A stretch of DNA of 64,000 bases from Scenedesmus sp. PABB004 (Eukaryota): assembly GCA_014905635.1 (NCBI GenBank), contig JABVCE010000002.1, positions 2,604,001 through 2,668,000 on the forward strand, given 5' to 3'. Of this stretch, positions 24,139 through 35,942 are shown piece after piece. The notes under the pieces are model-generated. The model did no database searches. It saw nothing but the letters and a program-made list of their open reading frames with translations, and was not told the origin of the DNA. Both the position numbers and the translations under genes were made by a program. Within the stretch, counting starts at the first letter, position 1; each line of letters starts with the position of its first letter.

Positions 24139-24931
24139 CTCCGTGCGCATACAGTGCGCAGGCGGGCCGGGTGGCGTGCCGGGATGGCGGTGTGTGCCGC
24201 AATGCCGGGCGAGGGGGTCGCTGAGCTGCGCGGGATTGATCTATGCAGTGCGTCGGAGCGGCAGCACCGCCGGGCGGCGGGTGCGGCTGCCTGGGACGTC
24301 TGCTTTGTAAGACGCGCGGCGGCAGACGTGCACGGCGCTGCGAACGGGCTGTGAACTCTCTCTTTTTTTCGCAGCCCGGCATCTCAACACACACCGCTCG
24401 CAGCCCAGCAACATGGTGCCGCCCAGGGCCGCTGCGCGCGAGCTCGCGGCCGCCAGGTCGGCCATGCGCGCCGCCGCCGTCGCGGCAGGGTGGTGGCGAC
24501 GCTGTGCTCGGGAACGAGTGTGTGTTGCCTCCGCCACGGTCGGCGGCGCCGGCGCCAATGGCCGGCCACACCCCTGGGCAGCACAGCAGCGCGCATGCAG
24601 TCCTCGACGCAGGGGGGGTTCACCGCACCAAGCAGCAATCCAATGCCAGCCAGGCAGCCCTGCATCGCCAGATCCGAGGCGCCGCCCGCAGCCGCCCATC
24701 CTGCGCCGCCCGGCCCCAGCCCCCCGCCCCCGCAAGCACGTGCGCGGCGGACACGACCGCGCCACAATGCCCCCCGCCCCCTGCCTGCCTGCTCGCCGCC
24801 ACGCCCGTGCTGTCTGTTGTACACCGAGGCCGCCGCCAGCGAGGCCGATGCCGGCTGCGCTGCCCCCGCGCCCTGCCTGCGCTGCCCGCCTGCCCCCGCC
24901 CTCGCGCGCCGCGCCGGCGCGCGCGCCGCCG

Positions 24932-27900
24932 TCAGCGCTTGTGCTGGCTCCGGATGATGGCCGCCAGCTCGGGGTGGCTCTCCTCGCTCAGCCCCGGCGG
25001 CACGAGGCTCACGCCCCACACGCTGCCGCCCTTCTTGGTACTCGCCTGCAGCGTGTCGGCCACCCACTCGCCGTGGCGCCCCGCGCGCAGGTGCTGCTCC
25101 GGCTCCAGCCGCGCCTGCTCCGAGTCTGCGGCGCGGCGGCCGCCGGGGCAGCCGGGGCGGTGGGCCGGGGCGGTGGGCCGCGGCGCGCCGCAGAGTGCGC
25201 ACGCGTGGCGCCGGCGCGCCCGTGAGGCGGCGCACCCGCGTGGTGGGGCAGGCGCTGCGCGCCGATGCGGCTCGCGTCGAGTCGCTGCCCGGGGTCGGGC
25301 TGCAGGTGCTGCCACTGCCGCGAGATGCTCGCCGGGCTGCCCAGGTGCTTGGCCAGCAGCGGGCTGAGCGAGCCGCCCGGCGGCGAGTGATGCTCGCCCG
25401 GCGCGGCAGGCGGGGGCGCCGCGAGGGCCTGCGCGCGCGCCAGCCGGCGGCAGGCCGCGGGGCGGCCGCGTGAGCGCACGCGCGCGCGCGCCCGCCCGCC
25501 CGCCCGCCGCCGCACGCGCGCCGCACGCACCGCCGCGCGGCGGCGCTCCAGGTGCGCCTGGTGCTCCGCCACCTCGCGCTCGAGCAGCTCCCGCAGCAGC
25601 TGCGGCGCCTGCGGCGGCGGCCCGCCGGGCGCAACGTCCAGCGGCTGCGCGGCGGGGCGGGGCGGGGCGGGGGTCAGCGGGGCGGAGTCGCGCGCCGCAG
25701 CCGCGCCGCCGCTGCGCCGCCGCCGCGCGGCCCCGCGCCGCGCCGCGCCTGCTCGTCCGCGCTGCTCAGCAGCGCCGCCATGTCGGCCTCCAGCGCGGCG
25801 AGCGCGGCGGCGGGGTCGTCCAGCTCGTAGTAGTGCTGCCCGCTGGCGCTCGTGGCGATGAGGCGCCGCGCCGCCTGCAGCCCCGCGGCGACGTCGCACG
25901 CCGACGCGGCGTTGCCGGCGCGCCCCATGCCGCCGCGCGCCGCCGGCGGCAGCGGCGGCAGGCTCGCGGCCGCCGGCGGCGGCGACGCCGCCGCGCCGGG
26001 CGCCGCGGGCGCGCCGCCGCTGCGCGCGGCGCCGTCCTCGCAGTCCATCGCGTCGCCGCCACCGCCGCCGCCGCCGGGCGGCCCCTCGCCGGGCGCGGGC
26101 GCGTCGCCGAGCCCCGCGGGCGGGCTGTCCATGCTGACGCTGCGGCCGCGCTTGAGCACCGAGCCGCCGCCCGCGCGCGGCGCGTCGCCGTCGCCGTCGT
26201 CCATCGCCGCGTTGCCGCCCGGCGGCGGCGCCGCGAGCGCCGCGCCGCTGACCGCGCCGTTGACGCCCACGATCGCCCCCAGCTCCGCGGCGCCGGCGGG
26301 GCCCAGGCCTGCGCGCCGCGCGCGGGGGCGGGCAGCGCCGGTTCTGGGGCGCCCGCCCGCTGGCGCCGCCGCGCCCCTGCGCCGCGCCCCCAAACCCTAA
26401 ACCAGCAAGCCTAAACCCTCCCCACAACAGCAGCACCCCGCCCCACCCACCGCGCAGCACGTCCTCAAAGTACTCGTGCGCCATCGCCTCCTCGCTGCCG
26501 CAGCGCCGCACGGGGTCGAAGCTCAGCAGGCGGGCGAGCAGGTCCACGGCCACCTCCCCCGCAGCGCCAAAGCGGCGGAACAGGCTCGGCGCGCTGCGCG
26601 CCGGCAGCGGCGCGGCGGCGTCGGCGGCGCGGGCGCGGCGCGGCGGCGTTGGCGACGTGTGCGCGCGGCGCGGGCGCGGGCGCCGGCGGCGGCCACGGCG
26701 CGGGCGGGGGCGCGGCGCACCGGCCCGGCATGCGCCGCAGGTAGCGCCGCCACGCCGGCGCGTCGACCGCCTCGATGCAGCGCCAGCTGGGCGTGCCGAT
26801 CACGGCAAACAGCGCGTCCAGCTCTGCGCAGCGGTCGGTTAGGGCGGCGGTTCAGCGCCCGCGGCGGCTGAGCGCCGGCTCGGCCGCGGACGCGCGCCGC
26901 CCCGCGCCGCGCCCCGGCGCCGCACCCGTGCGCGTGATGGAGTTGCCGGGGCCGCCGCCCGCGTAGCGCTCGCCCTCCCCGGGGTGACAGGCATGCCGTG
27001 GATGGCAAACACGGGGCCAACCTGCGCCCCGTGCCGGCGGCGGGCGGGCGGCGCGGTCGGCGCCGGCGGCGGTGGTGCTGCGGCGCGCCGCGTGCGCGGC
27101 GGCGCGGCGGTGGCAGCGGCGCGCGCGGCGCGGCCGCGCCTGCAGCTGCGGCGTCGTGGCCTTGCCGATCCACGCGACGCGCTGGAGCAGCTCCCCGAGC
27201 ACGCAGCCGAGGCCCCACATGTCGATGGCCTCGGTGTAGTGCCCCCGCGACATGACCACCTCCGGCGCGCGGTAGCACGGCGTGCACACCATGCGCGTCA
27301 GCGGGCTCTTGAAGCCGCCGCCGCCGCCCGCGACCGGCCTGCGGCGGCGGGCGCGGCGCGCGGGTGGGCGGGCGAGCGGCGCGCCGGCGACGTGGCGCCG
27401 GGCGGTGGCGCGCGCGTGGGCGGGCGGGCCGCGCGGCCGGCCTGCTCACCGCGCATAGAGGTCGCTGGGGCTGCTGCCCGCGCCCAGTGCGTCGTAGCTG
27501 TCCGTGCGCGCCACGGGCGGCCCGCCCGGCGACGCGGTGCGGTGCGGCTTGCCCCTGGCGGCACCGGGCGACGCCTTGCGCCCGCCCGCCGCGTCGCAGG
27601 CGCCGAGCGAGTCGGTGGAGTCGTGCCGCGCGTGCCGCCTGGCGGGGCTGCCCTGCGCCGGCGCCGCCTGCGCCTGCGCCGCCTGCGGGGCCTGCTGCGC
27701 CGCCGCCGCGCCGTCGCCGCCGCCGTCCATGCTGTGCGGGGGCCGCTGCGCGCCCGCCGCGCCCGCCGCGGTGCTCGCGGCGAGCGTCTTCTCCAGCAGC
27801 GTGCTCCGCGCGCTGCCCAGGTCCGCCAGCTTGACGTGCCTGGGGCGCGCGGCCGAGGCGAGGCGTGCGCTCGGCAGCTGCGCGGCGGCCCTCCGTCCGC

Positions 27901-29200
27901 GGCGGCCGTCCGTTCGCGCGCGGCCACGGCCGCGGCCGCGCGGCGGCGGCTGCGCCGCGCGCCCTCACCGGGCGCCGTGGGCGTAGGTCATGAGGATGTT
28001 GGCGGACTTGATGTCCCGGTGCCACACGCCGTTGCGGTGAAGGTACTGCCGCGCGCGGGCGGGCGCGGCACGCGCGCGGGCGCGTGGGCGCGCGGCGGCG
28101 ACGCCTGGGGGCGCGCCGCGCGGCCGGCTCGCGCGCCGCCGCGGCGCCCCTGCGCGCGCACCTGCACCGCGGAGAGCAGCTGCAGCATGATGGCCTTTAC
28201 CTCCGCCTCGTTCAGCTGGCCCCGCATGTGGAACAGGTCGCCCTGCGCGGCACGGCGGGGGCAGGGACGGGCGCGGACGGCGGACGGTGGGGGCGTTTGC
28301 GATTCCTTCCGACGACGCGCGGACGCGCGTGGGCGCAGCGCGGGGCGCCGCCGCGCCGCGGCCGCGCCTGGCCGGCAAACTCGAGGGCGAGGTAGAGGTC
28401 GAGGCTGGTGGGCACGAGGCTGCCGCACCGGTACATGTACCGCCCTTGTGTGTGTGTGTGGGGGGGGGGGGGGGGGGGGGGCGGCGTGCGGGGTGGGCCG
28501 GCGCGAGGGCGCGCCGCCGCCCGCTGCGCGCTGCGCCGCCGCCGGCCGCGCCGCCCGCTGCGCCGCCGCGGGCCCGCCGTGGCGGCCACCTGTCGACGAG
28601 GGCTTGAGGAAGACGTCGAGCAGGCCGATGATGTGGGGGTGCTCCAGGCGGCGCAGGATGCACACCTCGCGCAGCACGCGCTTCGCGTTCTCGCAGTTGC
28701 TCAGCACGTCGGGGATGCGCTTCAGCGCGACCTGCGGCCGCGGCGCGCGGCGGCGCGCGGCCAGCTCAGCGGCGGCGGCGGCGTGCTGCTGCCGCGTGCC
28801 GCGGCGCGCGACGGCGGCGGGTGCGGCGGCGGCGGGCCCTGCCGCCGCCAGGGCGCCGCCGGGCGGGGCGCCGCCGGGCGGGGCGGCGCCGCCGGGGGCG
28901 CAGCGGCGCGCACCATGTCGCCGGTGGTGCTATCCAGGGCGGCCACGACGCTGGAGAAGCTGCCGCTCCCCAGCACGCGCAGCAGCGTGTACCGGGTGCC
29001 CACCTGGCGGCAGCGGAGGGCGGGGCGCGGCGGGGTGGGGGCGCGAGGCGCGCCCGGCACCTGCGAGCGCCCCTCCCGACCCGACGCGACGACGCCGCGT
29101 GGCGCGATCGCGGCGACGGATGACTCACGCTCCACTGCTGCCCGTCCACATAGTACACGCCCGGCTGGTGCTTGTCCGCGACGATTGGTGCCGCAGACAT
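24932..29200 (-). CDS. Atypical MAP kinase-like Ser/Thr kinase (CMGC)
   Basis: Motifs LGSGSFSSV, VALKRI, AKRVLREVCILRRLEHPHII, HRDIKSAN, KLADLGSAR, LTRMVCTPCYRAPE, AIDMWGLGC and LLSFDPVRR. About 13 introns. Confidence 0.9.
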
Positions 29201-29559
29201 CTTCGGTGCGCTGCTACCGCATCCTCGCGGCCCGAACGCGTGTCGGCGGCTTCTCGTGCTCACGACGACGATCTGGCGCGTCGCGACGAGCGGTCCGCGC
29301 GACTGTGCGCGGCGCAGTCAGTGCGCTGAGCCCGAAAGAACAGCAGCAGCACAAACGCTGGCTCCGTCCGCCGCTCAGCAGCGCCCACCCCGCCCCGCGC
29401 CCGTGTGGCCTGTCGCATCGCACGGCCAGCACCGCACCACCAGGCCGCGACACGCACCGCCGCGCGCCGCCAACCGCCGCTGTTCGCGCCCGGCGCGGCC
29501 GGCCCGGCCAAAGGCCGGCTGCTGAGCAGCATACTGCCAGGCTAGGTGGCCCGGCCAGC

Positions 29560-31333
29560 ATGGCGCTGCTGGCGCGGGCCGAGGACCTGCTCGCCCGGGG
29601 CTGCGCGGGCGACGCAGCGGCCGCCGCGCGCAAGGCGCTGGGCGCGGGCGAGGCGCGCGGCGCGGACGCGGCCGCGCGCGCGCTGACGTGCCTGATTCAG
29701 GCCGAGTTCCAGGGCGAGGAGCGCCTCACCGACCTGGAGGCCGCCCTGGGCGCTGCGGCGGCGCCGCTCGACCTGGAGGGCCTGCCGGTGACCGTGATGC
29801 TCCTGTGGTGCGGCGAGCAGCGCCGCTGCTGCGCCGCCGCCCGCGCGGCGGAGGGGCGCCGCTGCCGCCGCCCCGGCCGCCGGCGCTGACGCCGCGCGCC
29901 GCCGCGCCGGCGGCAGGGGCGTGGTCGCGGTGGAGCTGCAGGAGGCGCAGGCCGCGCGCGCGCTGCTGGGTCGCTACGTCGCGGCGCACAGCGACGGCCG
30001 GGGTGCGCCCCGCGCGGGCGCCGCGGCCCATGCGCGCCGCCACAGCTCGCCACCGCCGCAGGCCAAGACCGCCGCCGCCCCGCACGCGCGGGCACGCAGG
30101 CCTGAGCCGTGAGGACGCGCTCGCGCTGTCGCGGCTCTTTGCGGTGCAGCTGCTCGCGCGGCAGCTGCACGACTTTGCCGCCGCCGCGCACTGGCTCGAG
30201 GCGGGCGGCGCGGGGCTGTCGACGGAGCAGCGCGAGGTGCGCGCGGCCCGTGGAGCGGCGCGCGCGGGGCAGCCAGCGCCTGCGCGGCGGCACGCTCACC
30301 GCCCCGCCCCGCCGCGTGCGCGCGCGGCCAGCTGCTGCTGCTGGAGCTGGAGGAGGAGGAGGAGCTGCTGCAGGAGGAGCGCCTCGCGGAGTGGGCGGCG
30401 ACGCACGCGGCGGACGCCGCGGGCGACGTGCGGCACCCCGGCGGCGCGTGCGAGCCCGAGGCAAGCCTGGCGAGCGTGTCGAGCATGGCGCACGCGGGCT
30501 CGGCCTGCGCGGCGCTGCAGGAGCTGGGGCACGCCGTCGGCGACGCGCCCGACGCGCCCGACGCGCCGCCCGGCGACGCGCCCGGCGACGCGCCGCGCGC
30601 GTGCCGCTCGGGCTCCGGCAGCGCGTGCACGCCGCCGGCGCGGGGCGGCAGCGGCTCCGAGTCTGTGTACACGGACGCCCGCGCCGGCAGCTGCGGCTCG
30701 CGCGCCGACAGCTACGCGACCGCCGCGTCGTCGTGGCCTGCCGCGCAGGCCGCGGCGCCGTCGGCGGCGGCGGCGACGGCCGCAGAGGTGCCCGCGGCGC
30801 CGGCGGCGGCAGGGGCAGCAGAGGCGCCCGGCGGCAGCCCATTTGTCACGATGACGGGACTGCTGGCCGAGGCGGGGGACGAGCACGACGACGAGGCCGA
30901 CAGCGCCAGCAGCAGCGCCGCAGCCGCGCCGGGCGCGCCGCCAGCCGGCGCGCGCTGCGGCGCGCTCGCCGCCGCGGGCCGGGGCTCGCCCGGCGCCGGC
31001 CGCGACAGCCCCGCTAGCGCCGGCGCGGGCGCCCGGGACCAGGCGGCCGCGGGCGGCGCCGAGGCAAAGGCGCGCCCCGGCGGCTGCTGCGCCGTGGCCG
31101 GCAGCGTGGCCCCGCCGGCGGGCGCCGACGCCGCGCCGTCGTGGGCGGACTGGGCCGCCGGCGCCGCGAGCAGCGCGTGGGGGTCGTGCGCGGAGCAGCT
31201 GTCGCGCCTCGGCCTGGACGGCGTGCCGCCCGCGCACGTCGCGGCGGGCGCGGGCCTCGCGGCGGCGGCGATCGCCTGGGCGGCAGCGGCCGCGTACCGG
31301 CGGCGGCGCGCGCGCCGCTGGCCGCGCCGCTGA
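29560..31333 (+). CDS. Tail-anchored protein, PEX26/APEM9-like
   Basis: Helical N-domain ALTCLIQAEF...LEGLPVTVMLLW|GVVAVELQE...LSRLFAVQLL...LSTEQRE|LLL, a low-complexity linker, and a C-terminal TM followed by RRRRARR. Confidence 0.6.
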
Positions 31334-31573
31334 GCCGGGGCGCGGCACTGCGGGTCGCAGCGCCCTCAACCCTCGCCGTGGCTCCCGCCGGCCGCGTCGT
31401 CGCTCGCCCCATGCCGCCCCCCCCCCCCCCCCGCCACAGTCCGCACCCGGCCCGATCGCCCCGCGCCTCGAGCAGCCCGCCAGCGCCCGCCGCCGCCGCG
31501 TACGCGACCGGGAGCAGCGGCAGCCCCCCTCCCCGCTCGTCTGGGCCTGCCCGCGCGGGCGTCGGGCGCCACC

Positions 31574-33196
31574 ATGATCAAGCTCTTCAGCGTCAAGGTG
31601 GGGCGCGTGCATGCGGCCTCGCGCGGCCGCCGCGGGGGCGGGGGCCGGCCAATCAGCATCCGTGAGGCCCGCCCCCTGCTGCCCGCAGGACAAACAAAAG
31701 GCGGCCGCCGCAGCAGCGCCCGGGGCCAAGCCCAAGCAGTCTGCCGGCGAGCTGCGCTTGCAGAAAGGTGCGGCGGCGGCAGGCGCGCGGCGCTGCGCTG
31801 CCGCTGCTGCGCGGCGCCCAGCGCCGCCGCCGCGCCGCCGCCGCAGACCTGACGGAGCTGCAGCTGCCCAGCAACATCAACATCTCCTTCCCGGAGGGCA
31901 AGGAGAAGCCGATGCACTTTGAGATCACCATCCGGCCGGACGAGGGCTGCTACAGGTCCGCCGACCTGCGCCCCGCCGCGCGCGCTGCGCCGCCGGGCAG
32001 CAGCCGGCCCCCGCCGCCCCCTCCCCGCACCCCCCTCCCCCTCCCAACACACGCACACACACACTGCATGCCCGCCCTGGCAGGTCTGGCCGCTTCCTCT
32101 TTGACTTTGTCATCTCCCCCGGCTACCCCTACGACGCGCCAAAGGTCAAGTGCAAAACCAAGGCACGCACGCGCGCTGCGGCCGCCGCCGCGGGCGGCGC
32201 CGGCGCGCGCGCGGCCGCGTGCCCGGCGCCGCCGACGTCGCGCCCTGCTGCTCGCACACCCACACCCGCGCACCCACCTCGCGCGCGCACGCGCGCGAGC
32301 AGCCAAGCACCCGCTCCCGCCCTCAACCCTGCGCCCCTCTCGCCCCTCTCGCCCCTCTATCGCCCCTCTATCGCCCCTCTATCGCCCCTCTATCACCCCT
32401 CTATCACCCCTCTATCACCCCTCTATCGCCCCTCTATCACCCCTCTATCACCCCTCTATCGCCCCTCTATCACCCCTCTATCGCCCCTCTATCACCCCTC
32501 TATCGCCCCTCTATCACCCCTCTATCACCCCTCTATCGCCCCTCTATCGCCCCTCTATCGCCCCTCTATCACCCCTCTATCACCCCTCTATCACCCCTCT
32601 ATCGCCCCTCTATCACCCCTCTATCACCCCTCTATCGCCCCTCTATCACCCCTCTATCGCCCCTCTATCACCCCTCTATCGCCCCTCTATCGCCCCTCTA
32701 TCACCCCTCTATCACCCCTCTATCACCCCTGCCTCCACGCGGGCAGGTGTACCACCCCAACATCGACCTCGACGGCAACATCTGCCTGAACATCCTGCGC
32801 GAGGACTGGAAGCCCGTGCTCAGCGTGTCAAGCGTCGTGTACGGCCTGCAGTTCCTCTTCCTGGTGGGCACGGGCGGGGAGGCGGGGGAGGAGGGGGGGG
32901 GGGGGGAGGGGGACCCAGGGGCGCGGGGCGCGGCCGGGCCCGCGGGACGCCGCGCAGCCGGCTCGCCGCCGCGCCCGGGCGCGCGCGCGCGCGCGCGCTC
33001 CTGGCCCCCCTCCCCCCACACACGCGCGCGCGCGCTCGCGTGCGCCTCGCAGGACCCCAACCCCGAGGACCCGCTGAACAAGGAGGCGGCGGCCAAGTTC
33101 CAGGAGAACGCGCGGCAGTTTGAGAGCTACGTGCAGCGCAGCATCCACTACGGCGCGCAGATCGACGGCGAGTACTTCCCGCCCGCGGCCTGCTAG
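31574..33196 (+). CDS. UBC12: NEDD8/RUB-conjugating enzyme E2, 6 exons
   Basis: MIKLFSVK N-terminal peptide, AGELRLQK|DLTEL, YHPNIDLDGNICLNILREDWKPVL and PNPEDPLNKEAA. Confidence 0.97.
32332..32730. repeat. 11-bp minisatellite (ATCRCCCCTCT)n, about 34 units, in UBC12 intron 4
   Basis: Directly visible tandem array with two variants (A/G), preceded by 9-bp CGCCCCTCT units. Confidence 0.97.
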
Positions 33197-33323
33197 CGCG
33201 CCCCGCGCCGGCGGGCGGGCGCGCGGGCGGGCCGCGCGCGGCGCCGGCGGCGCGCGGCCTGCAGGCGCAGGGCGCGCGCGCGCGCGGGGCGCCGCCGCGG
33301 TTGTACATTTACGCCGCCGGCGC

Positions 33324-33328
33324 TGTAA
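33324..33328 (+). promoter_or_regulatory. TGTAA poly(A) signal of UBC12
   Basis: TGTAA about 130 nt after the TAG stop. Confidence 0.65.
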
Positions 33329-33587
33329 CACCAGTTGCGTCCTTCCGGCGCGCTTCCTGCCGTGCCTCTCCGCCACGCCACGCCCGCCCACGACGCCTGG
33401 GCGGGCCGCGAGCGCGTAACTGCCGCCCTGCAGTTTGCGCGCCGCCGCAGCAGCAGCGCGGGGCGCCCCAGCCGCTCCCACCAAGCGCATTCGTTGCGCG
33501 CACCCAGGGAGCTCAACGCGGCGCGAGCGGCAGCGCACGCCCCAGCGCCGCTCGCCGTGCCGCCGCAGCGGGCGGCGGCGCGGTCCG

Positions 33588-35942
33588 ATGCGGCCATCGG
33601 CGTGCCTGGCGGTGCTGCTGCTCCTGTTGTCAGGGCTCGCTGCTCCCGCGCGGGCCAGCAGGCCGGCGCCGGCGTGCGACTGCAGGGACGCGGAGCTGCT
33701 CGCGCCGCCGCGGACAGATGGCGCCGGCGGCGGGGAGCGCGCGGAGCTGGTGCTCAAGGTCAGGGCCCGCCCCGTGGCGGCCTCAACGCTGCTCGGCCGC
33801 CTCAGCGGCGGCGACGCCGCGGCGTGGGCCGCGGGCGTGCGCGAGGCGGCGGCCGAGGCAACTGCGGCGCGGCTCGGCGTCCCGCGCGCCGCGGTTCGCG
33901 CGGAGCTTGGAGCGAGCCTGGCGCTGGGCCTGCAGTTCACGGGTGACCTGGAGGGCGTCGACGATGCAGTGGCGAGTTGGCTGGAGGAGACTGGTGGTGG
34001 TGGGGAGGGGGAAATGCTGCTGGGCGTGGACGTGCTGCGCCCGACGGCCGAGGACGTGCTGGCGATGGCCAGCCTCACGGCCGGCGGCGCGGGCGACGCG
34101 GCGGCGGCGCTGCGCATCGCCGCCGCGCTCAACGCGGCGTGCCCCGAGCTGCTCGCCCGCGGCGTGCGCCTCAGCGCCGGCAGCAGCTGCGGCTGCGGCG
34201 CGGCGCTGCAGCAGCGCGTGGGCGGCGAGCTGGCGGCCAGTGTGGTGCAGCCGGTCCAGGTGGGCGGCCCCACGCGCCCAGCTGCCCCGCTGGCCACCCC
34301 GGCCGGGCACCGCCCCGCCCTGGCCGCCCACTGCGCCGCCGCGCCGCCGCCTCCCATCGCCGCCGCCCGGCCGTTGCCGCAGGTCAAAGCCAAGCTCTCG
34401 GTCAGCGTGCGCGTGGCGCCCGGCGAGGACGCGGACGCGCTCGCGGCCGCCGCGGCCGACTGGCTGAGCGCGCACGCGCTGGAGCAGCTCCTGCAGGGGC
34501 ACGGACTCGACCCGGCCGCGGGCACGCCGGCGCGGCTGGTGACGGTGGCCGCGCCGCAGCTCGGCGAGCTGGGCTTCGGCCTTGGAATGACCGCCGCGGC
34601 CGCCGCGGGGCGCGCGGCCGCCGCGGCCGCGGCCGCCGGCGGCGCTCCGGACGGGCCCGGCAGCCTCGCGGCGGCGGTGTTCAGCACGGTGCAGCAGGTC
34701 GCGTCGCGCGCGGCGGCGGCGTGGCAGCAGGAGCGCGGTGAGCCGGCCCGCGACGGCGACGCCGACGACGCCGGGGGCGCGCCGGGCGGGCTGGGGCTGC
34801 CCCCGCTGTTTGCCAAGGCGGCGCCGGCGACGGGGCCGGGCGGCAGCAGCAGCAGCGCGCGCGTGGAGGTGCCGGTCGAGTCCCACCAGGGCGTCGGCGC
34901 CGGGGGCGCGCCGAGCGACGAGGGCGGCCAGCGCCGCCTGGCGGGCGCGGTCGTCGGCGCCGTGCTGGGCTCGGCGGCCGTCGGCGCGGGCGCGGCCCTC
35001 GGCCTGGTTTCAGCGCTGCGCGCGCGCCGCGGGGACGGCGCCGGCGGTGGCGCCGGCGCCGGCGCCGCCACGCGCAAGCGGCAGGTGCGGCGCGCGCGCG
35101 GGGACCCACGTAGCAGCGAGCACGGCCGCCGCATTGGCCCGCCGCATCTCACCCGCGCATCTCGCCGCCGTGCGCCCCGCCTGCCCGCGCAGCGCGGCGC
35201 AGGTGGCGGGCGGGGCGGCAAGGCCAAGCGCTCGTCCAAGTACCTCCCCAGCCTCGTGGGGCACGTGTCGGACTTGCCTGGCACCTCGTCGGGGCGGCTG
35301 GCGCTGCTGGAGCAGCTGCCGTCGGGCGGCGGCGCGAGCCGGCAGTCGTCGGCGTGGGAGGCCGCGGTGCAGCGCGCCAGCGCGCTGTCGCCGCTCAGCG
35401 GGGCGATGGGCGCAGCGCAGCTGCCGCCGCCGGCCGCCGCGGCGCTGGCGGGGCCCGGCTGCATCGGGCGCCTCGCCGGCGGCGACGCGGCGGGGCGCTG
35501 GCCCTGGGCGTCGGCGGCCGGCGGCCCGCTGGCGTGGAGCGCGTCGGCGCCGGCGGCCGGCGGCTCGGGCAGCGACGCCGGCGGGGGCGACGCCGCCGCG
35601 TGGGTCGAGGCGGCCACGGCGTGGCCCGCCGCCGCCGCGGCGCTGCGGCACGACAGCGTGTCGAGCGCGGCGCGGCTGCACGACCTGCTGCAGCCGGGGG
35701 AGGAGGCGGGCGGCGACGACGGCCGCTCGCGCGCGTCCGGCAGCAGCAGCGGCGCGCCCAGCGTGGGCGGCAGCAGCCGCCCCAGCAGCCGCGCCTCGGG
35801 CCGGGGCGGCGGCGGCGCGCCCGCAGCTGCCGCCGCCGCCGCCGCGCCCGCGGCACCGGCGGCGGCGCCGCCGGGCGCGGCGGCCTCGCCCTTTGCGCGC
35901 TGCTACGACTGGCGCGAGCTGCGGGCAAGCCATTCGCAGTGA
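33588..35942 (+). CDS. Hypothetical type-I membrane protein (signal peptide, ectodomain, one TM, low-complexity tail)
   Basis: Signal peptide MRPSACLAVLLLLLSGLAA and TM LAGAVVGAVLGSAAVGAGAALGLVSAL followed by RARR. GC3-biased codons. Probable in-frame introns near 34260-34382 and 35085-35192. Confidence 0.65.
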   Translation: MRPSACLAVLLLLLSGLAAPARASRPAPACDCRDAELLAPPRTDGAGGGERAELVLKVRARPVAASTLLGRLSGGDAAAWAAGVREAAAEATAARLGVPRAAVRAELGASLALGLQFTGDLEGVDDAVASWLEETGGGGEGEMLLGVDVLRPTAEDVLAMASLTAGGAGDAAAALRIAAALNAACPELLARGVRLSAGSSCGCGAALQQRVGGELAASVVQPVQVGGPTRPAAPLATPAGHRPALAAHCAAAPPPPIAAARPLPQVKAKLSVSVRVAPGEDADALAAAAADWLSAHALEQLLQGHGLDPAAGTPARLVTVAAPQLGELGFGLGMTAAAAAGRAAAAAAAAGGAPDGPGSLAAAVFSTVQQVASRAAAAWQQERGEPARDGDADDAGGAPGGLGLPPLFAKAAPATGPGGSSSSARVEVPVESHQGVGAGGAPSDEGGQRRLAGAVVGAVLGSAAVGAGAALGLVSALRARRGDGAGGGAGAGAATRKRQVRRARGDPRSSEHGRRIGPPHLTRASRRRAPRLPAQRGAGGGRGGKAKRSSKYLPSLVGHVSDLPGTSSGRLALLEQLPSGGGASRQSSAWEAAVQRASALSPLSGAMGAAQLPPPAAAALAGPGCIGRLAGGDAAGRWPWASAAGGPLAWSASAPAAGGSGSDAGGGDAAAWVEAATAWPAAAAALRHDSVSSAARLHDLLQPGEEAGGDDGRSRASGSSSGAPSVGGSSRPSSRASGRGGGGAPAAAAAAAAPAAPAAAPPGAAASPFARCYDWRELRASHSQ

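Noticed and set aside
32332..32730. Possible CRISPR array, or coding (PSIAPLSPLYH)n repeat protein
   Set aside because: There are no unique spacers and no cas genes. The array lies in an intron whose removal restores the conserved KCKTK|VYHPN of UBC12.
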